In this document: positions 38,723 through 47,920 of the stretch, piece by piece
Numbering within the stretch: position 1 is the first letter of the stretch
Layout: each line of letters starts with the position of its first letter
Sequence record: OR427838.1
DNA: 64,000 bases
Reading direction: 5' to 3' (one strand)
From: Escherichia phage fDHCT2
Position numbers and translations under genes: made by a program
The notes under the pieces: model-generated
Database searches by the model: none
What the model was told of the DNA's origin: nothing
The model's input: the letters and a program-made list of their open reading frames with translations, nothing else

Positions 38723-40054
38723 TCAAACATAGTAGGCATCAGTACGAGCACGAGTAATACTAACATAAGCTAGCTGTGAAGCTAAATTCGCATCAGCCAT
38801 GTGCATACATGGGGTATAGATGAAACTGTTCTGGACAGTAAGACCCTGTGATTTATGGACGGTACTCACCGGAAGAGCCCGAACCTTAGTGAACATTCGC
38901 TTGGCTTTCCAGAAATCAGCCCACTTAGGTTTCTTACCTGTTCCACGCATAGCTTTGTACTCTGTAGCAACCTTAGCCAAGAAATAATGGAACTTCTCAA
39001 CTGAAGCCTCATCGATAACCTTTAAATGCTCTACATAGTACTCGTCGTCTTCATCAACAGATTCTACTTGTAGGTCCCAGTAATTAATCATTTGACGAGT
39101 GCCTACGTCCTTAGCAGACAAGAACAATGAGGTATGATTCACATCCAGAATACGAACCATTTGCCCGTTATTAAAAATGGTTTCAGAGAATTTCTTACCG
39201 TCGTATTCGAGCTCCTTCATAAAAGGCTCTTGCATCACGAGGATTTCACCCTTGATATAAGGTGCATCAGTTTCATAAAGCTTTTTACGAATAATGCTAT
39301 TCAGCTTTTCAACCGATTTATTTGTATAAGCAAACATCCTATTTTCAAATAAGGCATCCGCGTCTTTTACGATGGAAAAATAATTCATCATAAAATCTTT
39401 TAAAGCCGTTTGAGATTTAAAACCATGGACCCCGTGACCTTCGAATATACAATCTCGGAACCATCCACCATTACGGATTTCAGTAGCAACCTCAATGATA
39501 GGGGCATTACTACGCATTACTTCAGTAAGGTGCAGCTGTTTAATTTTAGGATGGGTAAAGAATGGAGACAACTGAGGACTACCATCACTTCCTGGTTCTA
39601 CAGGTTGTAACTGTGCTCGGTCGCCAATCCCTAGTACAGTGCACCATGGTGGAACCGACGCTTCGATAATCTTAAACAACTTGCCGTCAATCATCGAGCC
39701 TTCGTCGACCACAAGAACATTACATTTGCTCAAATCAGGAGCTTCACGCTGTTCAAAAATATCCTGGTCTTCGTATGTAGTCGGGTTAATCTTTAAGATT
39801 CGGTGGATTGTTGATGCTTCTTGGCCTGCGAGTTTCGACAATACCTTCTTGGCCGCGTGTGTAGGTGCGGTCAAAATAACTCCGAGTTCGCCATTCTTGA
39901 CTAAGTGGTCAAGAATAAATTTAGTAAGGGTCGTTTTACCTGTACCCGCAGGACCATTCAATGTAATCCATTCACCCTTACGTCGTTTAATAGCTTCAAT
40001 GATTTCTTTAAAGGCCGTCCGTTGCCCAATATTCAAGTCTTCAAATGTAATCAT
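38723..40054 (-). CDS. dda: Dda DNA helicase (SF1B)
   Basis: 443 aa; Walker A GPAGTGKTT; near-colinear with remembered T4 Dda. Confidence 0.9.
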   Translation of the reverse strand: MITFEDLNIGQRTAFKEIIEAIKRRKGEWITLNGPAGTGKTTLTKFILDHLVKNGELGVILTAPTHAAKKVLSKLAGQEASTIHRILKINPTTYEDQDIFEQREAPDLSKCNVLVVDEGSMIDGKLFKIIEASVPPWCTVLGIGDRAQLQPVEPGSDGSPQLSPFFTHPKIKQLHLTEVMRSNAPIIEVATEIRNGGWFRDCIFEGHGVHGFKSQTALKDFMMNYFSIVKDADALFENRMFAYTNKSVEKLNSIIRKKLYETDAPYIKGEILVMQEPFMKELEYDGKKFSETIFNNGQMVRILDVNHTSLFLSAKDVGTRQMINYWDLQVESVDEDDEYYVEHLKVIDEASVEKFHYFLAKVATEYKAMRGTGKKPKWADFWKAKRMFTKVRALPVSTVHKSQGLTVQNSFIYTPCMHMADANLASQLAYVSITRARTDAYYV

Positions 40055-40350
40055 GCCAATTTTACTCGCTTAACATATAAAGTGTCTAAAACTAATTTCA
40101 ATTCTCGAGCTCGTTCTTCGGTAGGATATACTGTTTTAGTTTCCCACTTATCAAACCACCATTTTCTAGGTGTGCACACCGTTTCAAGGCGTCCAAGCCG
40201 AAGATACCTTTTTGTTGCCATTTCATAAACGGATAGAGCGGTGTCGGCTCCAATCTTTGTCGAATACAAAGTCACTTCACCGGCCTCTTCCAATGGAATT
40301 TCGTACCCGTCTTTGTCCTTGTGAACTAATACGTATGCATAGTACATCAC
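40051..40350 (-). CDS. Hypothetical protein (dda.1 position)
   Basis: 99-aa ORF. Confidence 0.45.
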   Translation of the reverse strand: MMYYAYVLVHKDKDGYEIPLEEAGEVTLYSTKIGADTALSVYEMATKRYLRLGRLETVCTPRKWWFDKWETKTVYPTEERARELKLVLDTLYVKRVKLA

Positions 40351-40351
40351 G

Positions 40352-41086
40352 TTAACCTCTAATCAGTGAAAAAATTGAAGCATTCAGCGGAAGACCTTTT
40401 TTCAACTTCATTTTGTCAATAAAAGAAAGGTGTTCTAAACGCTCCAGACCTTGGATAATTTTATCATACATATCGTAACGCGTTTCTGCTTCAGACAATT
40501 TAAACTTGACGCGCCAATCGGGCCCACCAATTAAAGATTTAAGGCCTTTTTCCATAGTACCGATTGAAGCGTTAGAACCGTGGATACGAGCCTTAACCGC
40601 GATGACAGAAGGGGTCTTATCAGTAGCTCCTGATTTAATAAGGTCCTTAAGACGTTTTTCACGCTTTTTAAGGCCTCTTTGAGTATCTTTAATATTTTTA
40701 ACTATTTTACGAATTTTATAATAGTTATCGGGGGTGACTTTAAAACTATTAGGCATTTTAGAACTACCTGAAATACGGACCGCTAAACGGGTTTGTGCAC
40801 GTTTCAATTCGTCTAGAGACAAATCAGCACGTAAGCTGTTGTACTTAACTTTAACCGGGATTACATTACCTTCAATATAACCGATATCATTATTAAAACG
40901 TTCAAATGAAATCTTATCACTAACTGAATTCTCATCAAAGCGCTCGCCTGAATAAGCACACACCTTTTGTTCGAGAAGTCTACGAACATACTTACTAGAC
41001 AGGTTGAAGTCCTTACCACGTTTTTTGGCGGAAGCTTTAGTGTGTTCGCGACGTTTATAAACCTTTAATTCAAATTCAGGGGTCAT
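40352..41086 (-). CDS. Hypothetical protein at the T4 srd position; contains an HNH-like segment
   Basis: 244 aa; segment CAYSGERFDE...SFERFNNDIGYIEGNV resembles HNH/His-Me finger cores; identity unresolved. Confidence 0.45.
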   Translation of the reverse strand: MTPEFELKVYKRREHTKASAKKRGKDFNLSSKYVRRLLEQKVCAYSGERFDENSVSDKISFERFNNDIGYIEGNVIPVKVKYNSLRADLSLDELKRAQTRLAVRISGSSKMPNSFKVTPDNYYKIRKIVKNIKDTQRGLKKREKRLKDLIKSGATDKTPSVIAVKARIHGSNASIGTMEKGLKSLIGGPDWRVKFKLSEAETRYDMYDKIIQGLERLEHLSFIDKMKLKKGLPLNASIFSLIRG

Positions 41087-41113
41087 GATATTTTTCTCAT
41101 CTTACGGACGATT

Positions 41114-41155
41114 AGTTGATATGTCTATAGTATCACGGTACTCGATAAAGTAAAC
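41114..41155 (-). promoter_or_regulatory. Early-type promoter element
   Basis: GTTTAC-N17-TGA-TACTAT-AGACATATCAACTA. Confidence 0.5.
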
Positions 41156-41224
41156 ACTTTTTTGCTTTAAATTTTCGACGGTATAATGAATCAAGGACTT
41201 TGCCTTTCAATTAAACCGGGTGGT

Positions 41225-41839
41225 TCAGTAAGAAAGAACGGAAAGATTCCAAATGGTGTAATTATTCCATTTAGGATTTCTCTCAATAGAGTCTACGCGC
41301 AGCGTAGTTCCCGCAGGGAACATCATCTCATCTTCATCATTGATTAATTGTAAGTTTGCTACACGGGTAGATTCAGGAAATGCGCCTGGGAACTCTTCAG
41401 GGGGCGCAGCACATAACATTTTAAAGATTTCTTCCTGATAATTGTATACAAATGGTGCATCATTAATACAAAAGATATTAAATGTTCCATAGAAGTTATA
41501 AGATGCAAAATTCCTTGCCACGTTGAAGTCTTTAGAGAAGCTCATTACTCGGTCGAATTCAATTACGGCACCTACACACATTGTGGACTCTAGATACTTC
41601 ATAGTCTTTTTAGATATGCCGCGATAGAGCTTATCAGGCACTACAGAAGTCAGGTTCTTACGGATAATTTTGTTCAGGGTTTCTTGGATGCAATCCGGTT
41701 TATTTTCCATACACTGCCAGAGGGTACTCTGTTCTAAATCAGAATACACCTCATCAATTTCTATCTGAGTATTCTCACGGAAATCATCGCATTTAGCGTT
41801 GTTGATAAATTCTGCTAATTTATGGCTTGGATATAACAT
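41225..41839 (-). CDS. modA: ADP-ribosyltransferase (ModA-like)
   Basis: 204 aa; R-S-E triad context (LYRGI, SFSKDF, EDE); paralog of next gene. Confidence 0.65.
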   Translation of the reverse strand: MLYPSHKLAEFINNAKCDDFRENTQIEIDEVYSDLEQSTLWQCMENKPDCIQETLNKIIRKNLTSVVPDKLYRGISKKTMKYLESTMCVGAVIEFDRVMSFSKDFNVARNFASYNFYGTFNIFCINDAPFVYNYQEEIFKMLCAAPPEEFPGAFPESTRVANLQLINDEDEMMFPAGTTLRVDSIERNPKWNNYTIWNLSVLSY

Positions 41840-41893
41840 ATTATTCTCCTCAGTCGATAGAAAGATAGTACCACAAGCTTCCTTGCCTGTAAA

Positions 41894-42463
41894 CTAAAAA
41901 TCCAACATTTTTAAATGAATTGTTTTATACTCGATTTCATACGGGTCTCTTTTGACGGTTTCGATTGCAACAATCTCAAATCGCGATTGGCTGGAGACCA
42001 TGAACTCACATTCAGTTTCAACCATATCATAGAGGTCAATACGAGTTTCATCAATTTCAAGTTCATCTACATTCCCTGCAAGAACAAGGTCGATAGCATG
42101 ATTGTAGTAGTCGAAAATGAACGGTGCATTCCTGAGACTTAAAATGGTTTTGGTTCCATATTCCCATGCCCCTGCGAACTGACGAGCCTGAGAGTATTGT
42201 GTACTAAAAGAAGTAACGCGACCAGGAGACCATTGACAACCTACTGAAAGGAGCTCTAATTGCTCAAGTTCTCTGGTGGTAATCCCGCGATAAAGCTCTA
42301 CAGGAACGGCCGAAGTAACATGCTTACGAACCAGTTTATCGAGGTCGTAATGAAAGTTAGGGTCCTTTTTAGCATCCAGACATTTCTCTAACAAGGCTTG
42401 TTCAGATTTTGAAAATTTGGAATTGATTCGGTCTTGATAAAGACATTTTCGTTCGATATTCAT
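41894..42463 (-). CDS. modB: ADP-ribosyltransferase (ModB-like)
   Basis: 189 aa; LYRGI, SFSTQY, ECE motifs. Confidence 0.65.
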   Translation of the reverse strand: MNIERKCLYQDRINSKFSKSEQALLEKCLDAKKDPNFHYDLDKLVRKHVTSAVPVELYRGITTRELEQLELLSVGCQWSPGRVTSFSTQYSQARQFAGAWEYGTKTILSLRNAPFIFDYYNHAIDLVLAGNVDELEIDETRIDLYDMVETECEFMVSSQSRFEIVAIETVKRDPYEIEYKTIHLKMLDF

Positions 42464-42487
42464 ATGACCTCCAGTGATTTAGAGGTC

Positions 42488-42516
42488 ATTATAACATGAA
42501 GGGAGGAGGTGTAAAA
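42488..42516 (-). promoter_or_regulatory. Sigma-70 promoter TTTTAC-N17-TGT-TATAAT upstream of modB-like gene
   Basis: Followed by GACCTC...GAGGTC inverted repeat spanning the SD. Confidence 0.5.
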
Positions 42517-42518
42517 CT

Positions 42519-42707
42519 TTATTTTACCCAAGGAGCCCAAGGTGGAGGGTCTAAGTAATAAGAAGCTAGGTCACTAAGGACCTCTTTAGGCAACTTAAAA
42601 CCATGCTTCTGTATAATCATATCAAGCTCATTGACGAGGTCAACAGGCGGCTCCTGAGTTGTTTCAGGCTCAGGATCCGGAATGACGAACATATCAAATA
42701 AGTCCAT
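42519..42707 (-). CDS. Hypothetical small protein
   Basis: 62-aa ORF. Confidence 0.4.
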   Translation of the reverse strand: MDLFDMFVIPDPEPETTQEPPVDLVNELDMIIQKHGFKLPKEVLSDLASYYLDPPPWAPWVK

Positions 42708-43198
42708 TAGTAACCACCGATAGGGCCGTACTCGTACATACGAGCTCGCACCTTAGCATCACGAATAGCGTCTTCAGTCATGGTAAAGCGCAATCCAATA
42801 TCAAAGTGCTTCCAAATCTGACGTTCAACTTCAGTAAGGTCTTCGATAGTAGAAATCAAATACGTACGGCCTTTAAGACGTTCATTGGACATTCTATCAG
42901 TATCTTTATAGAAAATATCCATGGTTCCTTCGGCATACGGGTCTGCCGGATAACGATAACCCTTGATATGCAATGCTTCAGCCAGGCTAAAAGGACAATC
43001 TTCAGCAACATCAACATTTTTGTTATGGTAAGCCTTCATCATAATATTTTCAGGCAGCTTAATATCTTTTAATCGTGTTTCTAACTGGGTTATAGAATTC
43101 ATACCATTGTCAACAAAGATAAGACACACTGTAGCATCATAAGGACGCGTTTGTCCGGCAGAATCACGAACAAAGAATTCTAGTTCATAAACTTTCAT
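42707..43198 (-). CDS. Hypothetical protein
   Basis: 163-aa ORF. Confidence 0.5.
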   Translation of the reverse strand: MKVYELEFFVRDSAGQTRPYDATVCLIFVDNGMNSITQLETRLKDIKLPENIMMKAYHNKNVDVAEDCPFSLAEALHIKGYRYPADPYAEGTMDIFYKDTDRMSNERLKGRTYLISTIEDLTEVERQIWKHFDIGLRFTMTEDAIRDAKVRARMYEYGPIGGY

Positions 43199-43352
43199 TA
43201 TGTTTTCCTCTTCTTAGTTTACCTACTAAAGGACCATCCGGAATATTATTTTCTCGGATGTATTTCTCGTTTTCTTCCATCATTTTACTACCAATTTTAA
43301 GAAGCAAATCCAATGCCTCTTTAGCTTGTTTTTCGGCCTCTTCAGTAGTCAT
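43185..43352 (-). CDS. Putative 55-aa protein (not in ORF track)
   Basis: ATGA start/stop overlap with upstream gene; GGGGA SD. Confidence 0.3.
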   Translation of the reverse strand: MTTEEAEKQAKEALDLLLKIGSKMMEENEKYIRENNIPDGPLVGKLRRGKHNESL

Positions 43353-43549
43353 GATTTATCCCCATAGATGTCACGCATAATTCTAAGAGCTTCGCGTTCT
43401 AATTTCTTTTCGCGTTCTTCACGGATACCTTTAAGAATCCATTCTTCGGAGTCGCGTTTCATTTCTGCATTGGCTTGGTCTAACCACCCGTCATCAAGAT
43501 AATCGCCAGGACGGTCTAGCCAATCTTTAAGCCATGATAAAGGTTTCAT
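43349..43549 (-). CDS. Hypothetical small protein
   Basis: 66-aa ORF. Confidence 0.4.
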   Translation of the reverse strand: MKPLSWLKDWLDRPGDYLDDGWLDQANAEMKRDSEEWILKGIREEREKKLEREALRIMRDIYGDKS

Positions 43550-43884
43550 TAATCACACGAGCCGGACGATGAGTCACAGCTTCCTGAGTCATAAGACGAA
43601 TAAGAAGAATCACCAGTCCAAGAACTGACAGCCGCCGCAACCATAATAGGAGTGGTATCAATATGGCTTGTGCGACGAGCTTCTAGATGTTCTTTTAACT
43701 TTTTAGAATTCAATGGAAGAGCGCCAGGCCCCACATTACCTGCTTTTTCAGGTTGACGGATAACTTCTTCCATCATACCATCGCCCACATAAACATATTC
43801 CCTTAACTTAACGTCTGATGGACTAATAGGAACCGGACCTTCGCCTGGGGTAATTTTGAATAAATTCTTAAGCCACTGAATCAT
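43549..43884 (-). CDS. Hypothetical protein with Ser/Cys-rich C-terminal tail
   Basis: 111 aa ending DSSYSSYDSGSCDSSSGSCD. Confidence 0.45.
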   Translation of the reverse strand: MIQWLKNLFKITPGEGPVPISPSDVKLREYVYVGDGMMEEVIRQPEKAGNVGPGALPLNSKKLKEHLEARRTSHIDTTPIMVAAAVSSWTGDSSYSSYDSGSCDSSSGSCD

Positions 43885-44147
43885 AGGAAACCTCTCACAA
43901 ATTTTACATCGCCATTGTCTAAGCGGATTTCTGCATTAAATTCTACAGAATTATCTTCATACATCATAAAAGAATGCGTAATAACATCGTCATGATACCC
44001 TAACCCGTATTTAAGCGAAACTTCTTGAGCAATCAAAGCACCTACTGCATTATTAGGTTTAATCCAACGATTTAACATAGTGTTCTCCTCTATAAGATAA
44101 GACCATCTTAACACGGCCTTCCTAGAAAGTAAACCCTTAAAAACCAA
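43881..44147 (-). CDS. Hypothetical protein
   Basis: 88-aa ORF. Confidence 0.45.
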   Translation of the reverse strand: MVFKGLLSRKAVLRWSYLIEENTMLNRWIKPNNAVGALIAQEVSLKYGLGYHDDVITHSFMMYEDNSVEFNAEIRLDNGDVKFVRGFL

Positions 44148-44168
44148 AAAAGGAACCCGAAGGTTCCT
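44145..44168 (-). terminator. Rho-independent terminator downstream of soc
   Basis: GGAACC-UUCG-GGUUCC hairpin plus U6 (same hairpin sequence as at 23823-23846). Confidence 0.6.
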
Positions 44169-44173
44169 TATAA

Positions 44174-44407
44174 TTAAACTACTGGGGTCGGTGTGAACAT
44201 TGCTGCGTTCTTGGTCTTCCAGTCAGCAGCATCAGTCACTACAGTAGTATAGGCTGCAACGGCCGAAGGGAAAGTCTGATAATGAGAATCTGCAATACGG
44301 TGCTCGTTTGAATAAATCTCAAACGGGACAGACACTTCAACACCTTTAACTTCTTTACCTTCACCAGCTGGATGCGTAAAGGTTTTGATATTAACGAAAC
44401 CACCCAT
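44174..44407 (-). CDS. soc: Small outer capsid protein Soc
   Basis: 77 aa; VNIKTF...AHYQTFPS..AAY-type blocks as in T4 Soc; late promoter motif upstream; terminator downstream. Confidence 0.75.
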   Translation of the reverse strand: MGGFVNIKTFTHPAGEGKEVKGVEVSVPFEIYSNEHRIADSHYQTFPSAVAAYTTVVTDAADWKTKNAAMFTPTPVV

Positions 44408-44438
44408 AATAAACTCCTTTGTTGTTTAATTACAGGTG

Positions 44439-44446
44439 TATTTATA
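44439..44446 (-). promoter_or_regulatory. Late promoter TATAAATA for soc
   Basis: Exact TATAAATA on minus strand about 35 nt upstream of soc ATG. Confidence 0.55.
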
Positions 44447-44448
44447 AC

Positions 44449-44970
44449 TTAATAACCTCGGTCTTGACGAGCAAAGTTCTCGGCATTTTTCAGATAATAC
44501 AGTTTAAAGATTTCTTCAGCAGTCAGACCAAGACCTTGGAACATATTCAGAACAAAGTGCAGAATATCAATCATTTCGAATTTAATTTCGAGCTGGTCTT
44601 CAGGAGAGAGTTCGTCAATACGACGATTACGGAATTCGGCATGTTGTGCCTTCCACGGCTTCCACACACTGGATGCGGCTTTCTCACCATTACTCATACC
44701 GCCAAGAGAAGTCAGAAGTTCACGGAATTCATCATCAATATAATCTTTCTGGTTGCGAAGCCAATCAACAACTTGACCTGCTGTAGCTAGTTCATCAGGA
44801 TTGGTGTTGAATTCTGATTTTTCAGTAGCCAAACGAACCTGTAATGATTTCTGCATATCAAGCATAACCTGCAGAGGGTCTTTATCTTCGTGAATCAGAG
44901 CATTAAAATAAGCTTCTTCAGCTTTATCAACACCTGCAATAAGTTGTGAGCATTCGTTAAAGTGTGCCAT
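44449..44970 (-). CDS. 56: dCTP pyrophosphatase gp56 (MazG-like)
   Basis: Start refined to ATG 44970; size and position as T4 gene 56. Confidence 0.7.
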   Translation of the reverse strand: MAHFNECSQLIAGVDKAEEAYFNALIHEDKDPLQVMLDMQKSLQVRLATEKSEFNTNPDELATAGQVVDWLRNQKDYIDDEFRELLTSLGGMSNGEKAASSVWKPWKAQHAEFRNRRIDELSPEDQLEIKFEMIDILHFVLNMFQGLGLTAEEIFKLYYLKNAENFARQDRGY

Positions 44971-45060
44971 TATATTTTTCCTTTTCAATTCATTAGTAAG
45001 TTAGATAATTATAAACTGTTAGATTAAAGCGAATAAATATTAATTTAACAGGAGGATAAC

Positions 45061-45261
45061 ATGGGTAGTATTTTTTACCAAATCTGGAAATTGTCCGAAA
45101 AGAAAGACAAGAAAATGATGTTAGGTTTTCTTGCGCTAGACGTGTTCCTTTGGAATCTTCTAGTAGTCCCTGTAGCCGCTAGCCAAGGGATAATTTTACC
45201 AGCGGTTACAATGGAACACGTATTAAGCATAATTGGATTCTTTAGCGGAGTTCCTGCCTAA
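45061..45261 (+). CDS. Small hydrophobic protein on opposite strand
   Basis: 66 aa; strong AGGAGG SD 7 nt upstream; lies in the 56-61 intergenic gap. Confidence 0.4.
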   Translation: MGSIFYQIWKLSEKKDKKMMLGFLALDVFLWNLLVVPVAASQGIILPAVTMEHVLSIIGFFSGVPA

Positions 45262-46286
45262 ATTTTGGAATATTTAGAAAGTCTCATTTTGGCCATTAGA
45301 CCTTGGGCTATATTAGCTTTCATATATGTCAGTACATCATTTATATCAGCTTTATCTTTCATAATCATATCATTTATATCTTTAGAAGGCCATGGAGCCT
45401 TGTCCCAGAATAGAACCCTTTCGCCAGCATCAACTAATCGTTGCATACGCTTAATTGTGTCAGGATGGCGGGGTTCATTGTCCATTACCCAGGCACGAGT
45501 TTCTTTACATGGAACTATAGCCAAATCTAACGACCCACCAGTAATTGCTATTGCATTCGGTACGAATAATGAATCGATAGGACCTTCCATTACCCAGACC
45601 AATTGACGTTCGTCGACTGTATCCATTCCATATATTTTTGTAGCTTGGTCATGAGCTTTTATTGTAATATATTTTTGTGGAGCATCTTTACGCAAGGCTC
45701 GACCCTGAAAACTTTCTATTTGTTTATCCTTATTGAAAATAGGAATAACCAAACGAGGCTCAGGCATTTCTTTAGAATAGGTCCCTGGATTCACAGAGTT
45801 CACCAATGCCGGCCATTCTTTAGTAAACCACAGCCGGTTCCATTTGTTTTCAGGAATGCAACGTAGTGTTACATATTTGATAATAGGATGGTCCTTCGGC
45901 ATTCTATCTAATCGTTCACAGAAATTAAGCTTTTCGATGACAGGCATCTTAGCTTTAATTTTTTCAGATATCTCCACCTTAGGTGCAGCTTGTCTCCCGA
46001 ACGATTGCTCTTTATGTTTCTCAAGAATATATTCTCGATATAAATCCGGCTCATATTCGTATAGATACTTCTTAATTCCTGCTGAATAGTCGCAGTTAAA
46101 ACAGTGCAGCATTACGGAGCCATCATTAGCCGGATAGGCCCAAAAACGAGCTTTGTTCTCATCTTTTTGGGAGTCGCCACATACACGACAACGACAGTTT
46201 AATTTAAAATCACTACCAGTTACTTGTCTGAATTTAGGTTGGTAATTCAAGGCACGTACAGCAAATTCTCTATCGACATATGACAT
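45258..46286 (-). CDS. 61: DNA primase gp61
   Basis: 342 aa as T4 gp61; N-terminal zinc finger CRCRVC...CFNC; TOPRIM-like core. Confidence 0.9.
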   Translation of the reverse strand: MSYVDREFAVRALNYQPKFRQVTGSDFKLNCRCRVCGDSQKDENKARFWAYPANDGSVMLHCFNCDYSAGIKKYLYEYEPDLYREYILEKHKEQSFGRQAAPKVEISEKIKAKMPVIEKLNFCERLDRMPKDHPIIKYVTLRCIPENKWNRLWFTKEWPALVNSVNPGTYSKEMPEPRLVIPIFNKDKQIESFQGRALRKDAPQKYITIKAHDQATKIYGMDTVDERQLVWVMEGPIDSLFVPNAIAITGGSLDLAIVPCKETRAWVMDNEPRHPDTIKRMQRLVDAGERVLFWDKAPWPSKDINDMIMKDKADINDVLTYMKANIAQGLMAKMRLSKYSKI

Positions 46287-46324
46287 TATTTTTCCTTGGG
46301 CTCTAAATTAATAGAGCCATTATA

Positions 46325-46486
46325 TCATTCGTTTTCGGATTTTTCTTTACGCTTTTTAGATGGGATTTGTTCAGGCCCTTTATTGACGACTGCGCCTGAG
46401 GTAGTTCCGGAGGCAATAGCAGTAGGATTACCACCTGCATCGCCTGCGACCATATCTTCGTTCATAACTTCTTTAAAAGATTTCAT
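46325..46486 (-). CDS. Putative 53-aa protein (not in ORF track)
   Basis: AGGAG SD; hydrophilic. Confidence 0.3.
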   Translation of the reverse strand: MKSFKEVMNEDMVAGDAGGNPTAIASGTTSGAVVNKGPEQIPSKKRKEKSENE

Positions 46487-46502
46487 AGGCTCCTGGCCTT
46501 AT

Positions 46503-46694
46503 TTATATTACGAAAATAGCTTTATCACCATTTGCATCAGTGACTTCATAGGTATCTTCGTGGTAAAGTGGAATAATCCAAGTCACACCATCATCAGCAA
46601 TAATATGGATAGCTTCTTGGTCTTTTGATATGATTTCATATTCTTCGAATAACTCGAATACAGAAATCTTAGAGCCCGTACACATTGCACTCAT
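46503..46694 (-). CDS. Hypothetical small protein (start refined to ATG 46694)
   Basis: Track ORF 46503..46712 starts at TTG. Confidence 0.4.
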   Translation of the reverse strand: MSAMCTGSKISVFELFEEYEIISKDQEAIHIIADDGVTWIIPLYHEDTYEVTDANGDKAIFVI

Positions 46695-46890
46695 ATTGTT
46701 CCCTTCTTTCAATCAGTTGGCGATGGGCCTTTTTAAGTTTACGAAGCTGGCGCTTAGTCGGCCGTGCAACATAAGCTTGAGTAGTTACTCGCCCAAAAAC
46801 ACCGTACTTAGGTGAAGGAGAATCGATAAAGACTTCCCACTGGCAGGAGTAACCATATACCGCTTTAGAGAATTGAGTTAAAACAAACAT
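46669..46890 (-). CDS. Hypothetical small basic protein, dispersed paralog 1
   Basis: 73 aa; C-terminal block ARPTKRQLRKLKK. Confidence 0.45.
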   Translation of the reverse strand: MFVLTQFSKAVYGYSCQWEVFIDSPSPKYGVFGRVTTQAYVARPTKRQLRKLKKAHRQLIERREQYECNVYGL

Positions 46891-46891
46891 A

Positions 46892-47326
46892 TTAACCTCG
46901 ATTCATAAAGGCATTAAAAATCTGGTCGTCAATTGAATAAACCGGAGCTTCCAGAATTTTCAACAGACTGTTTTTGATATACTTGCTAGGGATATCCATA
47001 TTAACGCGGCCGTTCAATTCGTTGTCCGGGTGGATATCTTTAAATTCAAACCCATCAAACTCAACCTTGTCCGGAAACCCGTCAGCGAAAAAATAAACCA
47101 ATTGGTGCATTGCATTGAGCGAAAATAATTTAGACTTAACAGCAATAAGTTCTTGCCAATGGTTTAATTCTCTGTTAAGAAGTTTATGAGCCATTGTAAT
47201 TCGATCATCGCTATCAACAAGAAAATAACCTAGGTATTGGTGGTCGTCGCTCCAAAACATCCTGTATGCTTGTGCATTCGGATTTTTACAACGAAGCTTT
47301 TTAATAACCAAAGTTCTGTTAATCAT
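46892..47326 (-). CDS. Hypothetical protein (start refined to ATG 47326)
   Basis: Track ORF 46892..47410. Confidence 0.5.
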   Translation of the reverse strand: MINRTLVIKKLRCKNPNAQAYRMFWSDDHQYLGYFLVDSDDRITMAHKLLNRELNHWQELIAVKSKLFSLNAMHQLVYFFADGFPDKVEFDGFEFKDIHPDNELNGRVNMDIPSKYIKNSLLKILEAPVYSIDDQIFNAFMNRG

Positions 47327-47327
47327 T

Positions 47328-47621
47328 TTACTCACCTGTAACCTCTTTAACGATGTTTTTGTTATCGAAATTAGCGTCACAATACAAAACATAGTTGTAC
47401 TGCATAACACCTGTTGAAGCTAATTGGTCGGACACTTCTTTAACCATGTCAGGACGGTCACGTTTAGTGATGTTCATGATATCGGCATAAATCTGATGTT
47501 CAACATCAGTTTGGTCGGCAGTCATAGACCACTCACAAAGGTCTTTATCCAATCCGGCCGTTACTGGAGCTGTACCACATGATGCTACGGTAAGAATTGC
47601 TGCGATTAATAACTTTTTCAT
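47328..47621 (-). CDS. Exported protein/lipoprotein, 97 aa (size and position like T4 spackle)
   Basis: Signal peptide MKKLLIAAILTVASC; AGGAG SD; early promoter element upstream. Confidence 0.5.
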   Translation of the reverse strand: MKKLLIAAILTVASCGTAPVTAGLDKDLCEWSMTADQTDVEHQIYADIMNITKRDRPDMVKEVSDQLASTGVMQYNYVLYCDANFDNKNIVKEVTGE

Positions 47622-47636
47622 TTCAATCTCCTCGTT

Positions 47637-47679
47637 AGTTGATAGGTCTATAGTATCACCACCATAGACCGTTGTAAAC
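47637..47679 (-). promoter_or_regulatory. Early-type promoter element
   Basis: GTTTAC-N18-TGA-TACTAT-AGACCTATCAACTAACGAGGAG. Confidence 0.5.
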
Positions 47680-47680
47680 T

Positions 47681-47920
47681 TTATTTTAACGAATCTTCCA
47701 AATAAATTTTACGGAATTTACGTTTTGTCTGACGAATCTGACGTTTAGTAGGCTTCACAGGAAATTCGAAGAACTCCACGTATTCCTGTTCATAATCATT
47801 ATGACCTACTGAAAGAACTAGTTCCCAGCTGCTTACGGTGCGTTGGATAAACATATTATGCTTACCAAAAGATTTATTCCAAAAAGAACTAGGAGTTGGC
47901 TTCATTAGTACAATATTCAT
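47681..47920 (-). CDS. Hypothetical small basic protein, dispersed paralog 2
   Basis: 79 aa; C-terminal block VKPTKRQIRQTKRK. Confidence 0.45.
   Translation of the reverse strand: MNIVLMKPTPSSFWNKSFGKHNMFIQRTVSSWELVLSVGHNDYEQEYVEFFEFPVKPTKRQIRQTKRKFRKIYLEDSLK

Noticed and set aside
39639-40228. Plus-strand ORFs 39639..40073 and 39905..40228
   Set aside because: Antisense to dda and the dda.1-position gene
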